Positions 18,447 through 29,358 of a stretch of DNA of 52,806 nt are shown here, in pieces. The notes beneath the pieces are model-generated. The model saw only the letters and a list, made by a program, of their open reading frames with translations, was not told where the DNA came from and ran no database searches. The position numbers were made by a program, and so were the translations under genes. Every line of letters starts with the position of its first letter. Position 1 is the first letter of the stretch. Where the stretch lies: the sequence record SRR22947725_499. The stretch is one strand, 5' to 3'.

Positions 18447-20162
18447 CTAATCTATCTCCGTATAAAATAGCTCGAGTTCGAGCTTTAAGTCCGCTAAATC
18501 GGGGTCTGATGGATTTGGCCCAACAAAAACTGCAGATTTAGGTGACGCTACAGTGCCAACTGGTATTTTACCTCCCTCAGGATCTTTAACATTTGCCAAT
18601 TGTACAGCGGTCTGATTAGAAAATACGTTTGTAAGCGACAATTGTAAAGGCACATTAGTCGAATCATTCGAAATTATATTTCTCAAATGGTCTGTGATTC
18701 GGATTTTATAATACTGCTTATCTTCTTCTTCAACAAGATAACCACCATATACAAGCTTACTAAGTGTGGAAGTAGCCGTAGCATCTTGGGCAAAATCAAT
18801 TATAGGAGCAGCATTATTGGCATTGGATAGATACAAACGTCGTGGCAATGACATATTGTAAAAATCCCTCTCTTGTTGATTAACGTAAATCGTGAGGTTG
18901 GCCTCATTTAATAGCCAGGGTTGACCTTTAAGGGCTTCCAGCACTTCATTGTCTTCAAACAAGTTTAGTGTGGCTACAGACCCCAAACCTCCACTAAGGG
19001 CAATATCTTCTTGTTGGGGTGAGGACACAATATCATTTAAGATTGCATCTGGTGTCGTAGATTGTGAAAGCGTGTTAAATTTTATAGCAGTGGCAGCATT
19101 CAATAAAAATTGATTGGTCTTAGTAACTACTACAGAAGTTCCTTCATCATTTGTTTCTTTGGCTTGATAATCATACTCCACGCGAACAAGCATGTTTCTT
19201 ACATCCAAAAGCATTAACAACGGTGTACTAAAATTACTAGTTTCTATAGCTATTGATCTAAAATAATCTTGCCAATTTTCAATAGATGACAATTCCGTAC
19301 TTCCTTCTTTGTCAATCAATGTCTGTTGGAAAAAATCGGAATCCAAAGCTATCCGCATTCGAGGAGCTATTTTAACAGTGTCTGTAGCAATAGCTACCTC
19401 ATCAAAATCAAGCTGAATAGATTCATTAAAGAGTGATGTTTCCTTATATGAGTTTATTGGAAAATCTGAATAATACGCTTGGTATTGCTCAAAATTCTTT
19501 TCAGGGTCTAGCTGACGAAGAAAGTAATTAAGTTTAGAAACCGCTACATTGAAAGTAGCCTCACGGTCCCCAAATAAGGAGTCTATTGTATAAAAATTTG
19601 GAAGTGCGACTGTAGCGTCATTCGTTTCGTCAACACCATCTAAAACACCATCCCCATCTGTATCTGGATTCGTAGGATCGGTACCATTATTTCGTTCAGT
19701 AATATCTGTAACTCCGTCGCCGTCAGAATCGCTATTCACATCTGTATCGTCTACATCCAATTCATCGATGAGGCCATCACCATCACTATCGAGTTGGTTT
19801 GTGAAAAATGGTATTTCTAACCATGCCTTGCTAACAGTTTCAAGCTCATTAAAACTAGAGTCAATTTCTTGAGCAGGAGTTAGTGTGCCAAATGTAGGCG
19901 AATAGCTAGCCAAGTTTAGTTGTGATACAATAGCTGCCGAGGTGTTTCCAAATAACTTATCCTCACGCTCCCCTAACTGCAATACCGAAGCGTTATTGGT
20001 CTGGACAACATCTATCGATGCATGAGAAATTGTAACAGGGTATGAAATGCTATTGGACTTGTACAAGTCTGTTGGCAATAGATCCGCACCAACTTCATTA
20101 AACTTTTTATCACAAGATACTATAGCAAGAACTAATGCGATTTGGAGGAGTTTTTTCGTCAT
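18447..20162 (-). CDS. DUF4270-family lipoprotein with DxDGDG Ca-binding repeats
   Basis: Lipobox LAIVSC then DKKFNEVGADL; YKIRITDH; C-terminal LELELFYTE; lies next to the glgA-like gene. Confidence 0.8.
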   Translation of the reverse strand: MTKKLLQIALVLAIVSCDKKFNEVGADLLPTDLYKSNSISYPVTISHASIDVVQTNNASVLQLGEREDKLFGNTSAAIVSQLNLASYSPTFGTLTPAQEIDSSFNELETVSKAWLEIPFFTNQLDSDGDGLIDELDVDDTDVNSDSDGDGVTDITERNNGTDPTNPDTDGDGVLDGVDETNDATVALPNFYTIDSLFGDREATFNVAVSKLNYFLRQLDPEKNFEQYQAYYSDFPINSYKETSLFNESIQLDFDEVAIATDTVKIAPRMRIALDSDFFQQTLIDKEGSTELSSIENWQDYFRSIAIETSNFSTPLLMLLDVRNMLVRVEYDYQAKETNDEGTSVVVTKTNQFLLNAATAIKFNTLSQSTTPDAILNDIVSSPQQEDIALSGGLGSVATLNLFEDNEVLEALKGQPWLLNEANLTIYVNQQERDFYNMSLPRRLYLSNANNAAPIIDFAQDATATSTLSKLVYGGYLVEEEDKQYYKIRITDHLRNIISNDSTNVPLQLSLTNVFSNQTAVQLANVKDPEGGKIPVGTVASPKSAVFVGPNPSDPDLADLKLELELFYTEID

Positions 20163-20169
20163 GGAAAGA

Positions 20170-20973
20170 TTAAAATTCAGTCTCGTAAAAGGTTTCATGG
20201 GCGGTAAGTACATCAATATCCTTACTTAATTCTAAGAGGGGTTTGGAAGAACTTTGTGCTGCCGTTTTAACGACATCACTTATACCCTCTGAAGCAAGAA
20301 CAATGCCATCCGAGTGTAAAATTGCATTTGTAAACATCGCATCAAGGGTAGATGTTTTTAATCCGGTCATATGTTCATCTTCAATACCATCAAACTTAAT
20401 CTTATCGAACAAGTCTCCTTCCATTTCACCAGTAAAAGGTGGCGTATAGAACGATGTGATAATTTTGGTGTTCGCAAGAAGTGGCTCGTCCTTGTAATAA
20501 AATTTACAATACAGCGGTACTAGCGAAGCAATCCATCCTTGAACATGAATGATATCAGGAGACCAATTTAATTTTTTTACTGTTTCAATAACTCCTTTTG
20601 CAAAAAATATAGCGCGCTCTTCGTTATCAGCATACAAAGTGCCGTCGTCTTCGGAAAACAATTTACGCCCTTTAAAATAGTCATCGTTATCTATAAAATA
20701 AACTTGCATACGTTCCTTCGGTATCGACGCTACTTTAATAATTAACGGCATATCTATGTCATTAACAACTAGATTCATCCCCGATAAGCGAATAACCTCG
20801 TGCAGTTGGTGACGACGTTCGTTAATAATACCGTATTTAGGAATAAAAATTCGGGTCTGTCCTCCGCGATCGTTAACCATTTTTGGAATCTCAAATGCCA
20901 AATTAGATAACTCGCTGTGAGGTAAATAAGGAACGACTTCAGAGGATATGTATAATATCTTTTTATCTTTCAT
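20170..20973 (-). CDS. Glycogen/starch synthase N-terminal-domain-only protein
   Basis: ILYISSEVVPYL, INERRHQLHEVIRLSG, WSPDIIHVQGW; only 267 aa. Confidence 0.85.
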   Translation of the reverse strand: MKDKKILYISSEVVPYLPHSELSNLAFEIPKMVNDRGGQTRIFIPKYGIINERRHQLHEVIRLSGMNLVVNDIDMPLIIKVASIPKERMQVYFIDNDDYFKGRKLFSEDDGTLYADNEERAIFFAKGVIETVKKLNWSPDIIHVQGWIASLVPLYCKFYYKDEPLLANTKIITSFYTPPFTGEMEGDLFDKIKFDGIEDEHMTGLKTSTLDAMFTNAILHSDGIVLASEGISDVVKTAAQSSSKPLLELSKDIDVLTAHETFYETEF

Positions 20974-21061
20974 GTGGAAGCAAGTCGTGTTTATAAATTA
21001 AAATACAAAATTACTAAAATTTAAGCGATTTTTGCCTCTACACATTTGTAACAAAATATAA

Positions 21062-21895
21062 ATGCCATTATTTCAAACATTAGCAGAACTCAAGCAGGTT
21101 CAAAAAGCCCAAACTGGGCAGTTGTGCGGGCTAGTCCCCACAATGGGAACCTTGCATCAAGGACACCTTGCATTGATTAAACAAGCGCAAAAGGAAAACG
21201 AATGTGTCTGGGTTAGCATTTTTGTAAATCCAACCCAATTTAACAATAAAAGTGACCTCTCATCATATCCTTCAAATTTGGCCGAAGACATAAAGGCGAT
21301 TCATGAAGTAGACCCATCGATCTGTATTTTTGCTCCAGCGACAACAGAGATGTATCCTCAAGAAGTTGTGTCTGCCACTTTTTTATTTGACGGACTTGAT
21401 GGAGTTATGGAAGGCGCAGACCGTCCAGGACATTTTCAGGGGGTTATCACTATTGTATCCAAGCTATTTGAAGCCATCCACCCTGATACTGCCTACTTTG
21501 GTGAAAAAGATTTTCAGCAACTACAGATTATAAAAAATTGGAGTAAAAAAGCAAGGGTGCCTACCAAAATTTTTGGCTGCCCTATTGTTCGTGAATCGCA
21601 TGGGTTAGCCATGAGCTCTAGAAATGAACTGCTTTCTACAGAAGCCAGAAAAGAAGCTGGGTTTATTTACCAAGCATTAATCGCTTGTAAAAACACAGAA
21701 AATAAAACATCTCTTAACGCCAACATTAAAAAGATTTTTGATGAGCATCCTACATTTGAGCTGCACTACTGCGTTTGTTTGGAGGAAGAAACACTATCCG
21801 AACTAGAAGACTTTCAAAACGCAACAAATTCTAGAATTTTTATTGCTGCATCGGTAGAGGGAGTTCGATTAATTGATAATATCGCATTAAAATAA
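21062..21895 (+). CDS. panC: Pantoate--beta-alanine ligase
   Basis: [44 protein letters not shown]. Confidence 0.97.
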   Translation: MPLFQTLAELKQVQKAQTGQLCGLVPTMGTLHQGHLALIKQAQKENECVWVSIFVNPTQFNNKSDLSSYPSNLAEDIKAIHEVDPSICIFAPATTEMYPQEVVSATFLFDGLDGVMEGADRPGHFQGVITIVSKLFEAIHPDTAYFGEKDFQQLQIIKNWSKKARVPTKIFGCPIVRESHGLAMSSRNELLSTEARKEAGFIYQALIACKNTENKTSLNANIKKIFDEHPTFELHYCVCLEEETLSELEDFQNATNSRIFIAASVEGVRLIDNIALK

Positions 21896-21908
21896 GTACC
21901 TTTGTGCC

Positions 21909-22259
21909 ATGCAAATTGAGGTTTTAAAATCAAAGATTCATCGCGTAAGAGTTACAGGTGCAGAACTGGACTATATCGGGAGTATAACTATTGACAAAAC
22001 ATTGATGGAGGCCGCCAATATTTTACCCGGCGAAAAAGTTCAAGTGGTAAACATTAATAATGGCGAGCGTCTTGAAACCTATGTAATTGAAGGCGCTGCA
22101 AACTCGGGTGAAATTACGCTCAATGGTCCTGCTGCTAGAAAGGTGCAAAAAGGAGATGTAGTTATCATCATCAGCTATGCTATTGTTTCGTTAGAGGAAG
22201 CTAAAACCCTTAAACCTGCACTCATCTTTCCAAATACCGAAACCAATTCGCTTGACTAA
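21909..22259 (+). CDS. panD: Aspartate 1-decarboxylase
   Basis: [14 protein letters not shown] (Gly-Ser cleavage site), LNGPAAR; own -7 element TACCTTTG at 21897-21904. Confidence 0.97.
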   Translation: MQIEVLKSKIHRVRVTGAELDYIGSITIDKTLMEAANILPGEKVQVVNINNGERLETYVIEGAANSGEITLNGPAARKVQKGDVVIIISYAIVSLEEAKTLKPALIFPNTETNSLD

Positions 22260-22264
22260 ACTCC

Positions 22265-23227
22265 ATGGCTAAACTGCTCAAGTTTCTTAAAAAAGCAGCG
22301 CCATTGGCCCTGGGCTTTTATTTAATTTATTTTTCGTTTGCAACTACCACAGAAGAAGATAGAATACAAATTATCTCCGCCATAAAATTAGCCGATTTGC
22401 GCTTTGTTTTTTTGTCTTTGGTTTTTGGTGTACTAAGCCATCTATCACGTGCATACCGCTGGAATTACCTGTTACGACCACTTGGCTACCAACCTACATT
22501 TGTCATGCGAGTGCTTACTGTCATGATCTCCTATTTTTCTAATCTTGGAATCCCACGTTCAGGTGAATTCCTTCGAGCAACTGCGTTGGCAACTTATGCA
22601 AATGTCCCCTTTGAGAAAAGCTTTGGTACCATTGTTACTGAACGTATCATAGACCTCATTCTGTTGTTTAGTTTTATTGGTCTGGGTTTTGTACTCCACC
22701 GCGATTTATTACTTGGTGTTATAGGAAGCCCTTCCATAAGTGGATTATTCGTTTTTTGGATTATTCTAGTATTGACCATCTGTATCGTCTTGATTCGTCA
22801 ACTAAAACGTTCACATAAAGCAAGTGCTAAAAAAATTATTGCCTTCTTTCAAGGGCTATGGCTTGGGATGTTATCGGTACGTGATATAAAACACAAAGGA
22901 GCGTTTGTGTTTCACACTCTTTTTATTTGGATTATGTACCTCATGATGTTTTGGGCAGTAACCTTTGCGCTACCTGAAACTAGTGGGCTTTCACTCGTTG
23001 CCATCATCCCTGCATTTGTAGCAGGTGGGTTTGCCATGTCTGCAACCAACGGAGGTATTGGGCTTTATCCCTTAGCTGTTGCGGCTGTACTACAGGCATT
23101 TGACGTTCCTTATCCTCAGGCGCTTGCTTTTGGCTGGGTGATGTGGACTGCACAAACCATGATGGTTGTTCTATTTGGAAGTTTGTCTTTTTTACTTCTT
23201 CCTGTTTTGTCCAAAAATATTAATTAG
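22265..23227 (+). CDS. Lysylphosphatidylglycerol synthase TM-domain (flippase-like) protein
   Basis: RAYRW, PRSGEFLR, ERIID and GGIG motifs; multi-TM. Confidence 0.85.
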   Translation: MAKLLKFLKKAAPLALGFYLIYFSFATTTEEDRIQIISAIKLADLRFVFLSLVFGVLSHLSRAYRWNYLLRPLGYQPTFVMRVLTVMISYFSNLGIPRSGEFLRATALATYANVPFEKSFGTIVTERIIDLILLFSFIGLGFVLHRDLLLGVIGSPSISGLFVFWIILVLTICIVLIRQLKRSHKASAKKIIAFFQGLWLGMLSVRDIKHKGAFVFHTLFIWIMYLMMFWAVTFALPETSGLSLVAIIPAFVAGGFAMSATNGGIGLYPLAVAAVLQAFDVPYPQALAFGWVMWTAQTMMVVLFGSLSFLLLPVLSKNIN

Positions 23228-23236
23228 ATTCGCTTT

Positions 23237-24586
23237 ATGGCAAAAGTCAAAAAAGCTTTTTTCTGCACCAGTTGTGGAGCACAACACACCCAATGGCAGG
23301 GGCAATGCAGCACCTGTAAAAGTTGGAACACACTTCATGAGGAGGTGTTAGAAGCAGCCAAGCCAAAAGCATGGCAAGTAGACACTAAAGCTCCTTTAAA
23401 AGCAAAACCCATCCGAATTCAAGACATTGCAGTAGACAGGCTTTCACGTTTATCGGCTCAAGATCAAGAACTCAACCGCGTTTTGGGAGGTGGTATTGTC
23501 CCAGGTTCGGTAGTATTGGTAGGGGGTGAACCTGGAATCGGAAAATCAACCCTCTTGCTTCAAGTTGCGCTTGCTGTGTCAGGAAAAGTAGTTTATGTTT
23601 CAGGAGAGGAAAGCGAACAACAAATAAAACTTCGTAGTGCACGAGTCACCGAAGAATCGAGCGAGTGTTTTGTGTTGACAGAAACCCATACCCAGTCCCT
23701 CCTTCATCACTTAGGCGCACTAAACCCGGCCTTAGTTATCATTGATTCTATTCAAACGCTTCACTCCGATGTAGTAGACAGTACTGCTGGAAGCGTCTCA
23801 CAAATTCGAGCATGTACGGCAGAGCTTTTACATTTTGCAAAAAGCACTCAAACACCTGTTTTTTTAGTCGGTCACATTACTAAAGATGGCGCTATAGCAG
23901 GGCCAAAGATTTTAGAGCACATGGTTGATACAGTACTTCACTTTGAAGGCGATAGGAATCATGTGTACCGGATTTTACGTGCTCATAAAAACCGTTTTGG
24001 TACAACTGCAGAATTGGGAATATACACCATGGCACAAGAAGGACTTAAGGCAGTTTCCAACCCAAGTGCCTTACTCATTTCTAGCGAAAGTGTTGGGCTA
24101 AGCGGACATGCTATTGGTGCTACCGTTGAGGGTATCCGCCCGATGTTGATCGAGGTTCAATCCTTAGTTAGTTCTGCCGTTTATGGAACGCCACAACGCA
24201 GCAGCACCGGATTTGATAACAAGCGGCTTAATATGCTCTTGGCTGTATTGGAAAAACGAGCAGGTTTTCAGTTAGGAGCAAAAGATGTTTTCCTGAACCT
24301 TGCCGGTGGTATCCGCCTAGACGATCCTGGATTGGATTTAGCAATCATGGTGGCAGTATTGTCTAGCAGTTTAGACGTTGCTGTACCTAAAGGCTATACG
24401 TTTGCTGCTGAAGTCGGTCTTTCTGGGGAATTACGTAATGTGCCCAAAATGGAACAGCGCATGCAAGAGGCTGCCAAACTTGGCTTTGATCGAATGGTTG
24501 TTGCAAAGGGCGTTAAAAATGTCCCTAAAGGGCTTGAATTAATCCGACTAGCTACAATTCAAGAACTTGTAACACATTTGTTCTAA
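23237..24586 (+). CDS. radA: DNA repair protein RadA/Sms
   Basis: C4 zinc finger, GEPGIGKST, KNRFG, Lon-like C-terminus. Confidence 0.98.
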   Translation: MAKVKKAFFCTSCGAQHTQWQGQCSTCKSWNTLHEEVLEAAKPKAWQVDTKAPLKAKPIRIQDIAVDRLSRLSAQDQELNRVLGGGIVPGSVVLVGGEPGIGKSTLLLQVALAVSGKVVYVSGEESEQQIKLRSARVTEESSECFVLTETHTQSLLHHLGALNPALVIIDSIQTLHSDVVDSTAGSVSQIRACTAELLHFAKSTQTPVFLVGHITKDGAIAGPKILEHMVDTVLHFEGDRNHVYRILRAHKNRFGTTAELGIYTMAQEGLKAVSNPSALLISSESVGLSGHAIGATVEGIRPMLIEVQSLVSSAVYGTPQRSSTGFDNKRLNMLLAVLEKRAGFQLGAKDVFLNLAGGIRLDDPGLDLAIMVAVLSSSLDVAVPKGYTFAAEVGLSGELRNVPKMEQRMQEAAKLGFDRMVVAKGVKNVPKGLELIRLATIQELVTHLF

Positions 24587-25620
24587 GGAGCTGGGTTCGG
24601 GATGCTACTGTGTACCGCATCAATTTTTGATAGTATTTCATGGGATAATGTTATAGATGCAGAGGCTATGTTTTCTTCAAGTTGAGCCATCGTAGTTGCC
24701 CCAATGATATTGGATGTTACAAAAGGGCGATCTGTTACAAAAGCCAGTGAAAGTTGCGCTAATGATAGGTTGCTTTTTTCAGCAATTTCAGCATAATCTT
24801 CAGTAGCAGCCAACGACTCTTTGCTGTTGTATCGTGCCATTCTAGGGAATAGTTCCAAACGGCTGTTTTTTGGAAGATTTCCATTTCTATATTTTCCAGA
24901 TAATATACCAAAAGCCATCGGAGAATACGCTAATAGTCCCAACTCTTCTCTGTGAGAAACTTCTGCATTTCCAATCTCAAAGGTTCGGTTGAGCAACGAA
25001 TATGGATTTTGTATGGTTTTCATCCGAGGCAAGTTTTTATACGCTGCCAAAGCAAGGCATTTCATTGCTCCCCAAGGGGTTTCGTTAGACAAACCTATGT
25101 GCCTGATTTTTCCTTCTTTGATAAATCCATCAAGCGTTTCTAAAACCACTTGGAAATTATCTTCCCACTGTTCTTCAATATCTGGATCATAATCGCGCTT
25201 TCCAAAAAAATTAGTGGTGCGCTCAGGCCAATGCAACTGATACAGATCAATATAATCTGTTTTGAGTCGGGTAAGACTTCCTTCTAAAGCTTCTCGAATA
25301 CTAGCAGGGGTAAATCCTGAAGTTCGTATGTGTGCCGTATATGCGCCGGGGCCAGCTATTTTTGTGGCGAGTACTACCTTATCTCTATTATTTCTTTGCG
25401 CAAACCATTTGCCAATGATTCGTTCAGTTTCGGCATAGGTTTCAGCATTGGCCGGAACAGGATAAAGTTCTGCCGTGTCAAAAAAATTCACCCCATTATC
25501 AAGAGAATAATCCATTTGTTCAAAGCCCTCTTGTTCGGTATTTTGATTTCCCCAGGTCATAGTGCCTAGACATATTTTACTTACCCGAATATCGGTCTTA
25601 GGAATCGAAGTGTATTTCAT
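24583..25620 (-). CDS. Aldo/keto reductase (Tas-like)
   Basis: ICLGTMTWG, FFDTAELY, DLYQLHWP, IGLSNET; start placed at MKYTSIPK. Confidence 0.92.
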   Translation of the reverse strand: MKYTSIPKTDIRVSKICLGTMTWGNQNTEQEGFEQMDYSLDNGVNFFDTAELYPVPANAETYAETERIIGKWFAQRNNRDKVVLATKIAGPGAYTAHIRTSGFTPASIREALEGSLTRLKTDYIDLYQLHWPERTTNFFGKRDYDPDIEEQWEDNFQVVLETLDGFIKEGKIRHIGLSNETPWGAMKCLALAAYKNLPRMKTIQNPYSLLNRTFEIGNAEVSHREELGLLAYSPMAFGILSGKYRNGNLPKNSRLELFPRMARYNSKESLAATEDYAEIAEKSNLSLAQLSLAFVTDRPFVTSNIIGATTMAQLEENIASASITLSHEILSKIDAVHSSIPNPAP

Positions 25621-25622
25621 CG

Positions 25623-26387
25623 TTATAAATCTAATGTTACGCCAACTGGACAGTGATCCGAATGAACGGCTTGAGGTAAGATATAGGCACGAGAAATTGT
25701 GTTTTTTAGTGGTTCGCTTACCATAGCGTAATCTATCCGCCAACCCTTATTGTTGGCGCGTGAATTAGCGCGGTAACTCCACCAACTGTACTGATGTGGT
25801 TCTTTGTTTAAATGACGAAAGGAGTCGATAAAACCACTCCCAATAAATCCATCAATCCAAAGGCGCTCTTTAGGTAAAAAGCCCGAAACCTTAGCGTTTC
25901 TAACGGGATCATGAATGTCTATAGCCTCGTGACATATGTTGTAGTCTCCACAAATGACAAGGTTTGGGATCTCTTTTTTTAGAGCCTTTACGTAGTCCCT
26001 AAAATCATCCATGTAGGTAAACTTATAACTTAAACGATCTGGATTGGTGCCCGAAGGAAGGTATAAGCTCATCACAGAAACGGTATCGAAATCAACACGT
26101 ATATTCCGCCCCTCAAAATCCATATAATCGATTCCTGTGCCGTATGCTACATGCTTAGGTTTTTCTTTGCATAAGATGGCGACGGAGCTATAGCCCTTTT
26201 TCTGTGCTGAGAACCAATAATGATACGGATACCCTGCTTGTTCAAAAACAGTTAGATCGAGTTGATAGGGGTGCGCTTTTGTTTCTTGTAAACAAATAAC
26301 GTCTGGAGAAGCTGCTTCCAACCAATCTAAAAACCCTTTTTTAAGTGCGGCGCGAATGCCGTTTACATTATAAGAAATGATGTTCAT
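25623..26387 (-). CDS. xth: Exodeoxyribonuclease III
   Basis: SYNVNGIRA, CLQETK, GDYNICH, GWRIDY, SDHCP. Confidence 0.95.
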   Translation of the reverse strand: MNIISYNVNGIRAALKKGFLDWLEAASPDVICLQETKAHPYQLDLTVFEQAGYPYHYWFSAQKKGYSSVAILCKEKPKHVAYGTGIDYMDFEGRNIRVDFDTVSVMSLYLPSGTNPDRLSYKFTYMDDFRDYVKALKKEIPNLVICGDYNICHEAIDIHDPVRNAKVSGFLPKERLWIDGFIGSGFIDSFRHLNKEPHQYSWWSYRANSRANNKGWRIDYAMVSEPLKNTISRAYILPQAVHSDHCPVGVTLDL

Positions 26388-26455
26388 TCAAACAAAAATA
26401 CAAACTAAAACGACAAAAATTGCGTATTTTTGAAAGAACTAAATCCCACCAACTC

Positions 26456-27049
26456 ATGAAACAATTCTTACCATTTTTTGTAATTCTTTTTTCTTTTTTA
26501 GGAATTTATGCTCAAGAAGAAACCTACGGCGATGAAGTCACCAAAGTTGAAATTGTAAAAGACTCTTCTATCGGCTACGCAGAATCATTTGGCAAACACG
26601 AAGTTCGTCTTAATGCCCTTGACCTTATCCTTCATCCAGCGCTTCACGTATACTACGAACGTATTGTTGATGCTTCAAATGGGTATGGGGTTTCGGTATT
26701 TGCTAATTTTGGAGACAACGAGGCAACCTATCAAAATTTTGCAGTGACCCCCTATTACCGCTTTTATTTCTTAAATCGAAAAGACTTTGGTGCAAGCGGT
26801 CTTTTTGTTGAAGTCTTTAGCTCTTTTGCGTCAGTAAATTTTGATGAATACCATTACGATAATTCCATAAGATCAGATGATGAGTTTCAATTTTCCATGG
26901 GTGTTGGGCTAGGCAAGAAATGGGTAAATCGAAACGGCTTTTCATTTGAAGTCTTTGCAGGGTTTGGTCGCTACATGACCAAAAGTGACTCGGACCATGC
27001 TCCAGATGGCCACGGAAGGCTTGCCTTGGCAATTGGAAAGCGTTTCTAA
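26456..27049 (+). CDS. Putative small outer-membrane beta-barrel protein
   Basis: Signal peptide, amphipathic aromatic strands, C-terminal IGKRF. Confidence 0.7.
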   Translation: MKQFLPFFVILFSFLGIYAQEETYGDEVTKVEIVKDSSIGYAESFGKHEVRLNALDLILHPALHVYYERIVDASNGYGVSVFANFGDNEATYQNFAVTPYYRFYFLNRKDFGASGLFVEVFSSFASVNFDEYHYDNSIRSDDEFQFSMGVGLGKKWVNRNGFSFEVFAGFGRYMTKSDSDHAPDGHGRLALAIGKRF

Positions 27050-28584
27050 ACACCGGTTAACCACGTCTTAAACGACACAGCATTATCAATCTTTTCTTTT
27101 GCTTGGGCTAAGGTTACACGCTCTTGCTCCATACTATCACGGTGGCGGATGGTAACAGTTTTATCTTCTAGCGTTTGGTGGTCAACGGTAATACAAAAAG
27201 GCGTTCCAAGCGCATCTTGGCGTCTGTAACGACGGCCAACAGCATCTTTTTCATCATAGGCAACTGCCATGTCCCATTTGAGTTGCTCTACAAATGCTTT
27301 AGCAATATCGGGAAGTCCGTCTTTTTTTACCAAGGGCAAAACAGCAACTTTGGTAGGAGCCACTACGGCAGGCAAACGCAACACAGTTCGGCTAGATCCA
27401 TCTTCTAGAGTTTCCTCTTGTAGTGCATGTGAAAACACCGCCAAAAACAATCGATCTAAGCCAATAGAAGTTTCCAAAACATAAGGCACATAATTTTCTT
27501 GACGTTCCGTGTCAAAGTATTGTAGCTTTTTACCGGAAAATTTTTCGTGACTACTTAAATCGAAGTCCGTACGTGAATGAATCCCTTCGAGTTCTTTAAA
27601 TCCAAAAGGAAAACGAAACTCAATGTCACAGGCAGCATCTGCGTAGTGTGCTAGTTTTTCATGGTCGTGGAAACGGTAATTATCAGCTCCCAAACCTAAA
27701 GAATGATGCCATTTCAAACGGGTTTCTTTCCAGTGTGCATACCATTCTTTCTGTGTTCCAGGTGGAATAAAAAATTGCATTTCCATCTGTTCAAACTCAC
27801 GCATCCGAAAAATGAACTGACGGGCTACAATCTCATTTCGGAAGGCCTTCCCAGTTTGGGCAATACCAAATGGCAACTTCATGCGTCCTGTTTTTTGGAC
27901 ATTCAAGAAGTTGACAAAAATACCTTGTGCGGTTTCTGGACGTAAATAAAGCTCCGTTGCACTTTCAGCAGAAGCTCCTAGTTTGGTTCCGAACATTAAG
28001 TTAAATTGCTTGACTTCTGTCCAATTTCTAGATCCAGAAAGCGGGCAGGCGATTTCCAATTCTTCAATTAAAGCTTTTACATCTGCTAAATCTTCTTTTT
28101 CAAGCGACTTACCCAATCGTTTTAATATTGCATCGCCTTTTTCTTTGTGTCCAAGCACACGAGGATTGGTGTTTAAAAACTGTTCCTTATCAAAGGCATC
28201 GCCAAAGCGCTTGGCCGCTTTTTTTACTTCCTTTTCAATTTTGGCATCTAATTTCCCCACATAATCTTCTACCAATACATCGGCACGGTAGCGTTTCTTG
28301 GAGTCTTTATTGTCTATTAGTGGGTCGTTAAACGCATCAACGTGACCCGAAGCCTTCCAGGTTGTGGGGTGCATCAAAATAGCTGCATCTAACCCAACAA
28401 TATTGTCATTGAGTTGTACCATTGCTTTCCACCAATAATCCCGAAGATTTTTTTTAAGCGCCACACCCTGCTGTCCGTAATCGTAGACGGCACTTAACCC
28501 ATCGTAAATTTCACTTGAAGGGAAAACAAACCCATACTCTTTGGCATGGGACAATACTTTTTTAAACAACTCTTGATCTGCCAT
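27046..28584 (-). CDS. glyQS: Glycine--tRNA ligase (alpha2 type)
   Basis: YLRPETAQGIF, FRNEI, FRMREFEQME, ELEGIHSRTDFDL. Confidence 0.96.
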   Translation of the reverse strand: MADQELFKKVLSHAKEYGFVFPSSEIYDGLSAVYDYGQQGVALKKNLRDYWWKAMVQLNDNIVGLDAAILMHPTTWKASGHVDAFNDPLIDNKDSKKRYRADVLVEDYVGKLDAKIEKEVKKAAKRFGDAFDKEQFLNTNPRVLGHKEKGDAILKRLGKSLEKEDLADVKALIEELEIACPLSGSRNWTEVKQFNLMFGTKLGASAESATELYLRPETAQGIFVNFLNVQKTGRMKLPFGIAQTGKAFRNEIVARQFIFRMREFEQMEMQFFIPPGTQKEWYAHWKETRLKWHHSLGLGADNYRFHDHEKLAHYADAACDIEFRFPFGFKELEGIHSRTDFDLSSHEKFSGKKLQYFDTERQENYVPYVLETSIGLDRLFLAVFSHALQEETLEDGSSRTVLRLPAVVAPTKVAVLPLVKKDGLPDIAKAFVEQLKWDMAVAYDEKDAVGRRYRRQDALGTPFCITVDHQTLEDKTVTIRHRDSMEQERVTLAQAKEKIDNAVSFKTWLTGV

Positions 28585-28644
28585 GAAGCAAAAATAGGAT
28601 AAGTTTCGTAATTTATACGACCCTAATTTTCTTACATCCCTTAT

Positions 28645-29331
28645 ATGTTAAAGGATTTGCTTCAGGTTTGGTTTCCTAATAGTTGTTTGAATTGTGGAGA
28701 TGTACTCCCCAAATCGCTGCAATGGCTATGCCTTACATGTAAAATGCAAGTCCCCAGAACATATTTTGAACAAGATGTAAATAATCCCCTTAAAAATATG
28801 TTTTCGGAATCCCTTCCTTTAACGAGCGCTTATACCCCTTATTATTTTCATCAAGAAAACCCAATACAGCAGCTAATTCATGCATTAAAATATCAGGGTA
28901 AAAAAGATGTTGCTGCTTGGATAGCGCAACAGACAACTTCATTTATTCCGAAAACACACCCCATCTATTCTTGTGAAGCAATAATTCCTGTGCCGTTGCA
29001 CGCTGCGCGTGAACGAAAACGGGGTTATAATCAAGTAATGTTATTTGGACAGTTTTGGGCAAAGCAACTTGGAGTACCCTGCCTTGACTCACTTCTTTTT
29101 AGAAAGAGACCAACTAAAACACTTGTTCGGATGTCACATGAAGCGCGTTGGAATGAAGTTAAAGACGCTTTTGAAATTCGAGGGGAACATTGCTTTAAGC
29201 ATGTTTTAATTGTCGATGATGTTATTACTACTGGAGCAACGCTAACAGCATGTGGACAAACCCTATTGAAATATGTTTCAAAAAAAATATCGGTCTTGGG
29301 AATGGCTTATACACAAGACATTCTTCCGTAA
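28645..29331 (+). CDS. ComF-family phosphoribosyltransferase-domain protein
   Basis: CxxC..CxxC, IPVPLH, RGYNQ, VDDVITTGAT. Confidence 0.9.
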   Translation: MLKDLLQVWFPNSCLNCGDVLPKSLQWLCLTCKMQVPRTYFEQDVNNPLKNMFSESLPLTSAYTPYYFHQENPIQQLIHALKYQGKKDVAAWIAQQTTSFIPKTHPIYSCEAIIPVPLHAARERKRGYNQVMLFGQFWAKQLGVPCLDSLLFRKRPTKTLVRMSHEARWNEVKDAFEIRGEHCFKHVLIVDDVITTGATLTACGQTLLKYVSKKISVLGMAYTQDILP

Positions 29332-29358
29332 GCGAGAAAATAGTCGTTATTTTGTGTA

